Source: a virus. Taken from it: a DNA stretch of 64,000 bases. The notes under the pieces are model-generated. The model had not been told where the DNA came from and ran no database searches. It saw only the letters and a program-made list of their open reading frames with translations. The DNA is taken from the IMG/VR virus record IMGVR_UViG_3300023179_000020; one strand, given 5' to 3'. Positions within the stretch are counted from its first letter, which is position 1; every line of letters starts with the position of its first letter. This document shows, piece after piece, positions 17,753 through 25,700 of this stretch. Both the position numbers and the translations under genes were made by a program.

Positions 17753-18187
17753 ATGACAAATCAAAATTTAGCAAACATCGTTATTTCAGTATTAAACGAG
17801 ATGAATGTTGACGGTGAAACAATGGAGTACATCATCAACCAAGTTGGGATGCGTGAGCAGATGATCAATCAACTTTACCTAAACAAGGTACAGTCCCAAA
17901 ATGATGATAACTTCAGAGACGGTATTTACACCTTCACTGAAGGTGAATTATTAAAATACACTAGACAAATTGTAGGTAGGTGTAAAGAGGCTGCTATGGA
18001 AGCGGTTAAAGATGCTGCTGCTGATTTTGAGTATTACACTGAACTTGAATTGAATGATAAAGAAATCAGTTTGTCATTTGATGAACGTGGAATCTACGAT
18101 GAAATAAATAGTAATATAGATAATGTTATAGATGACGACGATGATTCAATTAAGGATGAAATGTCAAGTGTACTAAGAAATATGTAG
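17753..18187 (+). CDS. early cassette acidic hypothetical protein
   Basis: own promoter repeat; very acidic C-terminus. Confidence 0.75.
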   Translation: MTNQNLANIVISVLNEMNVDGETMEYIINQVGMREQMINQLYLNKVQSQNDDNFRDGIYTFTEGELLKYTRQIVGRCKEAAMEAVKDAAADFEYYTELELNDKEISLSFDERGIYDEINSNIDNVIDDDDDSIKDEMSSVLRNM

Positions 18188-18301
18188 TGTGTTTTGTTTT
18201 TAATTATAGAGGAAGGCCCGTAAGGGCCTACCTTGTTCACAATTAAATTTGGATATGTAGAGTCCTAGTCGTATATTTAAGTATAATTAAAATAAACAAA
18301 C

Positions 18302-18619
18302 ATGAAAAAATCAAACAAAGAAACAGGTGGAACATCATTCCACAACACAGTAATTACCTGTACTCAACACCAACTCGAAACCGTATTAGGTAAACCCCAA
18401 TATGGAGTATCAGGTGATGAGAAGTGTCAAATGGAGTGGGTATGTGAGACCAAGGATGGAAACGTGGTTACCATCTATGATTGGAAAGAATACAGACAAT
18501 TCGACCGTAACGAGATGATCGAGTGGCACATTGGTGGATTCAAGTGGGATGACACATTTACAGCCAAACAAGAACTGGTTGAAATGATCACCAAAGAATT
18601 TGGATATGTAGAGTCCTAG
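18302..18619 (+). CDS. early cassette hypothetical protein
   Basis: EW...TIYDWK...WHIGG motif; 3' end runs into the next promoter repeat. Confidence 0.75.
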   Translation: MKKSNKETGGTSFHNTVITCTQHQLETVLGKPQYGVSGDEKCQMEWVCETKDGNVVTIYDWKEYRQFDRNEMIEWHIGGFKWDDTFTAKQELVEMITKEFGYVES

Positions 18620-18654
18620 TCATATATTTAGGTATAATTAAAAAACATAAACAC

Positions 18655-18948
18655 ATGACAAAGAAAGAAATTAGAAACACAATCAACAAAGCAGTTTATC
18701 AGTATGCTGAATCATTAGGTTATCAAATGTCAGATGATAATGATGGCTCATACGTTACGTTCTCAAAACCAAATGAAACATCAGCTGATAATACGATTGA
18801 TTATAGTCGCTCATATCATGAGTGTTGTGTTTGTAATTGGGCCAGTGATGAAGCTAAAGCAGATGCTGCTCGTATAGACGAATTCGCTGCTGCGACCAAA
18901 GCAGACATTGAGTGGAAACAAGCTATTATAGAAGGAAATGTTGAGTGA
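18655..18948 (+). CDS. early cassette hypothetical protein
   Basis: own promoter repeat. Confidence 0.7.
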   Translation: MTKKEIRNTINKAVYQYAESLGYQMSDDNDGSYVTFSKPNETSADNTIDYSRSYHECCVCNWASDEAKADAARIDEFAAATKADIEWKQAIIEGNVE

Positions 18949-19005
18949 TGCTTGGATAAGCAAAAAACAGGTCGTATATTCAACCATAATTAAAACATTA
19001 AACAC

Positions 19006-19176
19006 ATGAAAAAAAGTATCGTATTCAATTTAGCAGTGCTAATCACGTTTGCAGCATCAATGTCAGGTATACTGTTATCAATTGTTGTTGCTGATAAAGA
19101 ATTATTAACGTTGTTTACAGTAACTAGTGTAGCAATTGTAGGTGCAGCTGTAGTTGGTTGGAGTGAAAATCAATAA
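19006..19176 (+). CDS. small 2-TM membrane protein (56 aa, not in track)
   Basis: ATG after promoter; flanked by identical 24-bp leaders. Confidence 0.6.
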   Translation: MKKSIVFNLAVLITFAASMSGILLSIVVADKELLTLFTVTSVAIVGAAVVGWSENQ

Positions 19177-19192
19177 TTAAAACATTAAACAC

Positions 19193-19375
19193 ATGACAAA
19201 GTTTCAAGAAGAACAATTATTAAGAACACTTAAAGCCGCTATTGAACACTCGGAACATATGTGGGATGCAGAGAGAAGCCATGCATACATAGTAGGTTAC
19301 CTTCAAGGTTACATTAAACATACGATTGCAGAATTAGAACGGTTACAGATATATGTAGTTTTAATACAAAATTAA
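19193..19375 (+). CDS. hypothetical protein
   Basis: ORF with repeated leader. Confidence 0.65.
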   Translation: MTKFQEEQLLRTLKAAIEHSEHMWDAERSHAYIVGYLQGYIKHTIAELERLQIYVVLIQN

Positions 19376-19381
19376 ATAGAT

Positions 19382-19627
19382 ATGGAAAACTCAAATAATG
19401 TAGACAAAACTTCGGAGAACGCACAAAAAGAATTGCGTATATCTGATGTTATAAAATCGTTACCGAGTGCTATCATTTTAGCTGAAAAGTTTGCTGAAAG
19501 TAAAAGGGAACACGTTGTAAAATGTAGAATTGAAAAGGGTAGTATAGCAAACTTAGGATTATATCTTGGTTTCATTGAAGGGTATAATTATGTTATTGAA
19601 GAACTTAAACGAGGTAATGTTTTATAA
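19382..19627 (+). CDS. hypothetical protein
   Basis: ORF; KELRISDV N-terminal motif. Confidence 0.6.
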   Translation: MENSNNVDKTSENAQKELRISDVIKSLPSAIILAEKFAESKREHVVKCRIEKGSIANLGLYLGFIEGYNYVIEELKRGNVL

Positions 19628-19690
19628 CAATAGATTTGGCTCCGCAAACATCGTTTCGTATATTCAACCATAATTAAAAACATAAATAAT

Positions 19691-19867
19691 ATGTCAGCTA
19701 AAATCCAAAAATTTATTGACCTGCAAGACAGAGCAAATCGCATGATCGACACTTATGGACAATGCGATGATGAAACCTCCACAGAGCTCGAGCGTGTCGG
19801 AGACTCGTTGACGCCTGATGAGGTAGATGAGGTTTGTAGGATCTATAATGAGCGTAGGGCTATGTAG
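19691..19867 (+). CDS. small early protein (58 aa, not in track)
   Basis: ATG after promoter repeat; open to TAG 19865-19867. Confidence 0.6.
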   Translation: MSAKIQKFIDLQDRANRMIDTYGQCDDETSTELERVGDSLTPDEVDEVCRIYNERRAM

Positions 19868-20010
19868 GGAGTCCTGGCGTACGCGGCACGTATATATATG
19901 TATATATTATAGGTGCCTCCCATGCGCACCGCGGTCCATATGGATGTGTGGGTGGTGAAGGTGCGGAATGGACCACAAAACAGTTCGCAAACGATACTCG
20001 CCCCCCGATT

Positions 20011-20026
20011 GTATATACGTATATAC
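20011..20026. repeat. perfect 16-bp palindrome GTATATACGTATATAC
   Basis: related palindromes at 13015-13026, 20122-20133, 21232-21250. Confidence 0.85.
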
Positions 20027-20165
20027 TCTCCACAACACACCCGCAATTTTCAACTTACCATTTTGGAACACAAACCGCAAAACACAAACTCTTTCTTTTC
20101 AAAAAAAATTTGGCATCGAGCACGTATATACGTATATTTGTATATAATAATTAAAAATATAAAAC

Positions 20166-20633
20166 ATGAGTACATTTAGAAAGTTAAAAAAAGAAATTAA
20201 AGCTTGGGAAATGCATTTCGATACCGAAAGCAAAACCTCTATTACAATGGATTTATTGGGACTTAAAAAAAGAGCTACCCAAATAAATAAAGATGAAGTT
20301 CTAATTGAATTTGTAGAAGATAGAACCGGTTTATTAGAAAATAAAGAAAACTTTATAAGTAGTGATGTAAAAAAACTACTAGAAGCCCTAGCTCCAGTTT
20401 GTGTACAAACCGAAGGTTACTCTGTAGCTCATATGGGTACTCTAATATATTGGGAAGGTTTTCCTATTACAGAAAGTATTAATTATATTAAAGAGTATTT
20501 AGATAATAGAGGAAAAGAAATTAAACCTATAAAAGAAAAATTTAATACCCTCCTACAAAAGAAAGATCTAAATAGAGAAGATTTAAAAACATTTCATACA
20601 TACCTAATTTTAAATAATAAAAGTAATGTATAG
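20166..20633 (+). CDS. hypothetical protein
   Basis: ORF after promoter. Confidence 0.7.
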   Translation: MSTFRKLKKEIKAWEMHFDTESKTSITMDLLGLKKRATQINKDEVLIEFVEDRTGLLENKENFISSDVKKLLEALAPVCVQTEGYSVAHMGTLIYWEGFPITESINYIKEYLDNRGKEIKPIKEKFNTLLQKKDLNREDLKTFHTYLILNNKSNV

Positions 20634-21231
20634 AGACAAAATTACACTTGATGAAGCCTTACATCTTGAAAGTATAGGCGAAATAACAATATTAGATTCT
20701 TCTCCTAATACTCTACCCGATCCTAAATTTCAAGTTTGGAAACACAATTATTCTACACTAAGATCCAAATTTAGGCACATACCAACAGACCGTTTTTTAA
20801 CATTCATCCGTGCACAATACTTAATAGAAGTATCTGTTACCGAAAATGAATGGGTGTATGTGTATGGAATCCAAAACCTAAACATTAAAAACAAAACCAA
20901 AGATAACATAGAATACATTTATGTATTTATAAATCCAGGATACCCAGACTTAGTCAAAATAGGAATGACAGAACGTACTGTTGAGGGACGAGCTCGTTCC
21001 CTTAATGCTTCCTCCACCGTTACCGAATGGGTCCCAAAATTTGCTCTACCCGTCTCTAAGGGTAATGCCTTTAGAATTGAACAACAAATACACAAATGTT
21101 TTTCAGATAAAAGAATATATTCTGATTTGGGTGGTGAACGTGAGTTTTTTCAAATTGACCCATTAGTTGCCTTTGATAAAATACGGGAAATGGGTGCTTT
21201 ATTCCAAGTTGGTAATCCAATTGTATATTAA
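20626..21231 (+). CDS. T5orf172/GIY-YIG-like domain protein
   Basis: YIYVFINP...VKIGMT...R...L...E..IH...REFF. Confidence 0.8.
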   Translation: MYRDKITLDEALHLESIGEITILDSSPNTLPDPKFQVWKHNYSTLRSKFRHIPTDRFLTFIRAQYLIEVSVTENEWVYVYGIQNLNIKNKTKDNIEYIYVFINPGYPDLVKIGMTERTVEGRARSLNASSTVTEWVPKFALPVSKGNAFRIEQQIHKCFSDKRIYSDLGGEREFFQIDPLVAFDKIREMGALFQVGNPIVY

Positions 21232-21314
21232 TATATACGTATATACGTATTAAGGGGCGTGGTGAGAGGGTATGTGCATATGGGGGTTTTCTTGTTTTTT
21301 AAATATTTATAACC

Positions 21315-22199
21315 ATGATTAAACTAACTGACTTACTTAAAGAACTGGACATACGTAAGGGTCAATTACGTGGTGTTATAGATGATGAAATAATGTATAA
21401 CTACTTCGCTGTTGACTTCGGAATTGCTGAAGAAGATTTAGATGATACAGTAGATGAAAGTTTAATAGAAGGAAAATACGACGAATTGATTGAAGTAGAG
21501 GGTTATAGATTAATAGAAGTAACTCAAACTACTGAAAGGACAAAATGGTTAGTAAAACCTGATGCTCCAACCTGGAGACAATACATTGTGGGAAGTGTAG
21601 AAATGGATTTGATTGACACCTATGACAGGTCTGCTGATAAAGCTTATAAAATAAGTGGCGCACAAGTTGTTTTAAGTTATGTTAGTAAGCAGTATAGAGG
21701 AAAAGGGATAGGATCACTCATGTACTACATGATATTTGTTCATTATGGTAACCTGTTTTCTGATAAAATACTGTATGAAGGATCATACAACCTATGGTTA
21801 AGTAAAATTTACCCTATAGCTGACTTTTTTGGAATAGAGGTGTGGGGTACTTTTTACGCACCTATAACTTTAAAAGATGCTTCAAATGTAAAATTAATGC
21901 GTAACCCAGCTGTGTCAGCATTTTTAGCAAGTAATGTTCCTACAGAACAAATGGAAAAATTAAAGGCTGAATTGAATGGTTTATCTTTGGCTAATGGTGA
22001 CTATGGAATTTATTTTTACGGTGGAGACAGCACTAAATTTGTAAATCTAGTAGACCAAAGTGAAGGTATAAATGATTTATTGTCTGATAAAATGATGGAA
22101 GCAATATTTCCAGCCAATATAAACCCTGAAAAAATATTGGTTAATACAACTAATTTGGTATTTGTAGTAGGACAGGACATGGTTCCTATGCCTATTTAA
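21315..22199 (+). CDS. leader-bearing (MIKLTDLLKE) GNAT-like acetyltransferase
   Basis: leader + YVSKQYRGKGIGSLMY acetyl-CoA motif A; late motif upstream. Confidence 0.7.
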   Translation: MIKLTDLLKELDIRKGQLRGVIDDEIMYNYFAVDFGIAEEDLDDTVDESLIEGKYDELIEVEGYRLIEVTQTTERTKWLVKPDAPTWRQYIVGSVEMDLIDTYDRSADKAYKISGAQVVLSYVSKQYRGKGIGSLMYYMIFVHYGNLFSDKILYEGSYNLWLSKIYPIADFFGIEVWGTFYAPITLKDASNVKLMRNPAVSAFLASNVPTEQMEKLKAELNGLSLANGDYGIYFYGGDSTKFVNLVDQSEGINDLLSDKMMEAIFPANINPEKILVNTTNLVFVVGQDMVPMPI

Positions 22200-22481
22200 C
22201 ATATTTCTGTAAGAAAAGCGCACTGTTCACGCCTCTTATTTGGCTCCCCAGGAAATTTGTCGTATATTTAGGTATAAATAAAGAAACAAATGGACACAAC
22301 ACTTACAATCGCAGCGTATATTTGGACTGGATATTGCGCTGTATCACATGTTAAAATTGAAGCTAAAAAGAATAACAAAAGTACTTCATTCAAAAATAAA
22401 AAGTTTGAATATATTATTCAAGTGTTGGTTTATTGGGCATTTACAGCATCTATTGTATAATTAAAAACAAAAATAAAGGTT

Positions 22482-22787
22482 ATGGAACAAAAACGTAGAG
22501 GTCGCCCACCTGGAACGGGTAAAAAAGAACAAACAATTGTGAACATTCCTGTAGGTGAAGGAAAAAAACGAGGCCGTAAACGAATCGAAAAACCACTCAA
22601 CATTCTTCTTCCTAATATGCAAATGGAAGGTGAAATTGAAGGATCTGAAGTTGAAAAACTGAAGGACATGGCTATTAAGATTCAAATAATGGAAGAAACA
22701 CTCAATCATGAACCGTATCGCATTGATTTGAGAATGCAAAAACATGACATGTTGAATAGAATGTGTTACTTGATAAAATTTCTTTAA
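22482..22787 (+). CDS. AT-hook DNA-binding protein
   Basis: KRRGRPPG, KKRGRKR. Confidence 0.65.
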   Translation: MEQKRRGRPPGTGKKEQTIVNIPVGEGKKRGRKRIEKPLNILLPNMQMEGEIEGSEVEKLKDMAIKIQIMEETLNHEPYRIDLRMQKHDMLNRMCYLIKFL

Positions 22788-22859
22788 CAGGAAACTTGGA
22801 TTCACAGGAAAAATTTCGTATATTTAGTTATAAATAAAAACAACAAATAAATAAAAATT

Positions 22860-23663
22860 ATGCCATTAAATTTAGAAACAACAGCATTTTTGACAGAGTC
22901 AGAAATCAAAGAAAAAGCAAAATCAATATTTACAACTACTGGTGCTCCAGGTACTAGTGAAAAGTATGCTCACATTTCAACAAACCAAATCATCCAGGAT
23001 ATGGAAAAATTGGGATGGGGAGTTGTAGATGCTAAAGAAGTACGTGCCCGCAAAGGTGATGGGTATCAAAAGCATTTAGTTGTGTTCCGCAACAATAATT
23101 TGTTTATTGAAGGAACAGATGGTGATAATGTGTTTCCACAGATTCTTCTAACTAATAGCCATGATGGTAAAAATGCATTTACATTTACTGCTGGTTTGTT
23201 CCGTTTGGTTTGTGAAAATGGACTTGTGATTTGTTCTAAAGAATTTGAAAATCTTAAAATTCGCCACTATGGTTACGATTTTGAAGAATTGAGTAGAGTA
23301 ATCAATACTATGGTTCAATCACTCCCATTAACAGTTGAATCAATGAATCGTTTTAAACAGAAAACTCTTCGTACAGAACAGATTACTGAATTTGCTAGAA
23401 GAGCAGCTGAAATTCGTTTTGGTGTTGAGCAACTACAAAACATTACAATTGATTACAATGCATTGATTTTACCAACTCGCCCTGAGGATCGTGGTGATGA
23501 TTTGTGGAGTGTATTCAATGTTATTCAGGAAAAACTAGTACATGGTATGTTCGAATACACATCAGGTAGTAAGTTGCGTAAAGCAAGAAAAATTAGGAAC
23601 TTTAAACAAGACCTTGATTTGAATGCTAAGCTATATGAACTTGCAGTTGAATATGCAGCTTAA
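22860..23663 (+). CDS. DUF932/DUF945 family protein
   Basis: NSHDG, AGLFRLVCENGL, R.ED...DLWSVFNVIQE. Confidence 0.88.
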   Translation: MPLNLETTAFLTESEIKEKAKSIFTTTGAPGTSEKYAHISTNQIIQDMEKLGWGVVDAKEVRARKGDGYQKHLVVFRNNNLFIEGTDGDNVFPQILLTNSHDGKNAFTFTAGLFRLVCENGLVICSKEFENLKIRHYGYDFEELSRVINTMVQSLPLTVESMNRFKQKTLRTEQITEFARRAAEIRFGVEQLQNITIDYNALILPTRPEDRGDDLWSVFNVIQEKLVHGMFEYTSGSKLRKARKIRNFKQDLDLNAKLYELAVEYAA

Positions 23664-23844
23664 TAGTAAAAACGAATTAATACAGTTAATAAATAAAGAG
23701 TTAAAAATCATTCCAAACCCTACCCACATAAACGAATTGTGGGTAGTGGTGATGGAAAGTGTTAACAAACGTGTTAACATTACCAAACAACAGATAATAG
23801 ATTACTACATGTCTTGTTGCAGGTATGATAATTTGAAAGATTAA
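23653..23844 (+). CDS. hypothetical protein
   Basis: ORF; ATG 23653. Confidence 0.5.
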   Translation: MQLNSKNELIQLINKELKIIPNPTHINELWVVVMESVNKRVNITKQQIIDYYMSCCRYDNLKD

Positions 23845-23846
23845 TT

Positions 23847-23965
23847 AGTCAAGTGGCGAAAAGAATGCTAGCCCTGGGGATAGTATTCGTGGTAGACGTA
23901 ATTGTTATTTTGAGAAAATATCAATGCTTACTCATAGCGTACAGGTTCGAATCCTGTCTTGACTA
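23847..23965 (+). tRNA. enlarged Leu-like tRNA-like RNA (AGTCAAG family; loop TTGAGAA)
   Basis: same T arm as 16203 and 24242; hairpin inserted in D loop; 9-bp anticodon stem; variable arm. Confidence 0.65.
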
Positions 23966-24025
23966 CGCAAAAAACACGAAATGGAGTTTCCTTACTCTTC
24001 ACAGAAGAATGGGTTTTTGAAGTTT

Positions 24026-24107
24026 CAATAGGTTAATCGGGACTGCGGTTAGTAATGCCGATTGTAAAAACAGATGTCCACGCACCCATCTTCTGTTTTC
24101 CTATTGG
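24026..24107 (+). ncRNA. putative structured ncRNA
   Basis: caatagg/cctattg closing stem, internal aatcgg/ccgatt and aacaga/tctgtt helices; no ORF. Confidence 0.45.
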
Positions 24108-24111
24108 TAAA

Positions 24112-24241
24112 TGAGCGAGTAAAACATATGATCAGATCGTATGCTGATGCTGGGATGGTTAGAGCTCGAATGCCATCTAGTACCGAGAGCTGACTGTTGG
24201 GAGTCATGACCCAATGACGCAAAAATAAAGGTACTTGCTCA
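24112..24241 (+). ncRNA. putative structured ncRNA
   Basis: tgagcgagta/tacttgctca closing stem with three internal hairpins. Confidence 0.5.
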
Positions 24242-24314
24242 AGTCAGGTGGCGAAATTGGTTAAACGCTATGAGCGGTTGCTCTATTGTACAGGTTCGAA
24301 TCCTGTCCTGACTG
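24242..24314 (+). tRNA. tRNA-like RNA lacking a canonical anticodon loop (AGTCAGG family)
   Basis: canonical acceptor, D and T arms; GAGC-GGTT-GCTC in place of a 7-nt loop. Confidence 0.65.
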
Positions 24315-24409
24315 CAAACACAGAGTGGCGCAGGTTGATGCTACCTTAGCGGGTAGACTGATACAGAGTAAAAAGAGGTGGGGGAAACCACTCATTAACC
24401 CACCCACAT

Positions 24410-24481
24410 GGTCGGTTCATCTAAGGGTTAGGATACAAGATTTTCATTCTTGTCATACGGGTTCGAATCCCGTACCGACTA
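24410..24481 (+). tRNA. tRNA-Glu(TTC)
   Basis: GGTCGGT/ACCGACT; caaga-TTTTCAT-tcttg; ACGGGTTCGAATCCCGT. Confidence 0.92.
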
Positions 24482-24527
24482 CAAGTAGGCGTTCTTTGAC
24501 ATACTAAAAATAAAGGAGAAACAAATT

Positions 24528-24893
24528 ATGGAAACAATGTATTTTGTTTTAGGTATGCTCTCGATCATCGCTGCAGCAATTGTAAGTGTATTGGTTTGGG
24601 GCATAGTTAAGACTAACAAACAACAACTGTGGCTCGATAACATTCAACGCCAAATGGAACAAGCTTCACGTGAAGTGAATGATCGATTTAGTGAAGTGTA
24701 TCGTGATATGGATCAACGAGGTAGCTGGATGCATCAGCGAATAGATCAATACGATGCTAAACTACACGATCGCATAGACCGAGAAAGTGCAGAGGTTAAT
24801 AGACGAATAGATGAAACTCATTCGTATATTGATTCACGCATAGACAAAGCAACATCAGGTAATAATGGTGCTAAACAAGTAATTAAAGGATAA
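24528..24893 (+). CDS. TM + coiled-coil protein
   Basis: N-terminal TM; repeated RID heptads. Confidence 0.75.
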   Translation: METMYFVLGMLSIIAAAIVSVLVWGIVKTNKQQLWLDNIQRQMEQASREVNDRFSEVYRDMDQRGSWMHQRIDQYDAKLHDRIDRESAEVNRRIDETHSYIDSRIDKATSGNNGAKQVIKG

Positions 24894-24972
24894 TAAACAA
24901 TAACCGTTAAAGAACGCCCACTTTTTTAAAGCAGCTTTGGCTGCTTTTTTTATTTGTATATATTTATATACA

Positions 24973-25389
24973 ATGAATATTAATAAAATATTTAATTTAT
25001 TTCTTTCATCTGAAGATGAACCTAAAAATGTAGAACCTCAAAAGGATCTATTTGAAAACCCTATTGTATGGATAGGAATGTTTAAGAAGATGATATTTAA
25101 TCACAATGTTTTTTCTAAACAAATGATTGCTTTTTTTAATACATCTGATCCTCCACTGGATGTGAATGATATTGAAAAGGCTAGTAATTTAATGGTGTAT
25201 GAAAGAGCATTTGAACAATTGGCAAAACTAAACCTTACAGATCCTTCTCATATAGACAGTCTCAGATTATACTCAGACGAAACATTCAAAATGGCTTTAG
25301 ATAGTACCTTAAATTTTTTCTTGAACTTAGAGGAGTACGAAAAATGTGCTTTTGTTAAAAAGGTACAGGATTTAACAAATACTTTTTAA
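24973..25389 (+). CDS. hypothetical protein with C-terminal UVR-like motif
   Basis: EEYEKCAFVKK; start moved to ATG after ATATTTAT. Confidence 0.7.
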   Translation: MNINKIFNLFLSSEDEPKNVEPQKDLFENPIVWIGMFKKMIFNHNVFSKQMIAFFNTSDPPLDVNDIEKASNLMVYERAFEQLAKLNLTDPSHIDSLRLYSDETFKMALDSTLNFFLNLEEYEKCAFVKKVQDLTNTF

Positions 25390-25502
25390 AAATAACTTGG
25401 AGAACATAATTCGTATTAGTATCGTATGAATACGGGTTTGCAAGAAAGTGTATAAATAAGAAAATGTGAAAACGTTACAACGCGTTATAAAAATAAACAA
25501 TT

Positions 25503-25685
25503 ATGAAAAATAAAAACAATGTATTACACGAATTAGACAAAATTGAAGGTGTAACTAGTCAACTCAATTTTATCATTAAACAAGGACAATCCATAGAAGC
25601 ATATATGGACGCTCTAACACGTATTAGAGAATGTGTAGACCAAATTAAATTATACGTAGAATCAGAACAAAACGTTTATAATTAA
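25503..25685 (+). CDS. hypothetical protein
   Basis: ORF. Confidence 0.6.
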   Translation: MKNKNNVLHELDKIEGVTSQLNFIIKQGQSIEAYMDALTRIRECVDQIKLYVESEQNVYN

Positions 25686-25700
25686 AAACCAATAAAAGTT

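Noticed and set aside
13140-19870. Integron or CRISPR interpretation of the cassette repeats
   Set aside because: Repeats match promoter/leader consensus, lack attC-type inverted structure, and no integrase is present.
19843-20179. Three overlapping ORFs in the GC-rich spacer
   Set aside because: Atypical composition, no A-rich leader, mutually overlapping; likely non-coding.
24320-24400. Hammerhead ribozyme
   Set aside because: Has CTGATAC rather than CTGANGA, and the GAAA lies in a hairpin loop; kept only as an unassigned structured RNA.
24286-24507. 73-aa ORF
   Set aside because: Overlaps a tRNA-like element and tRNA-Glu.
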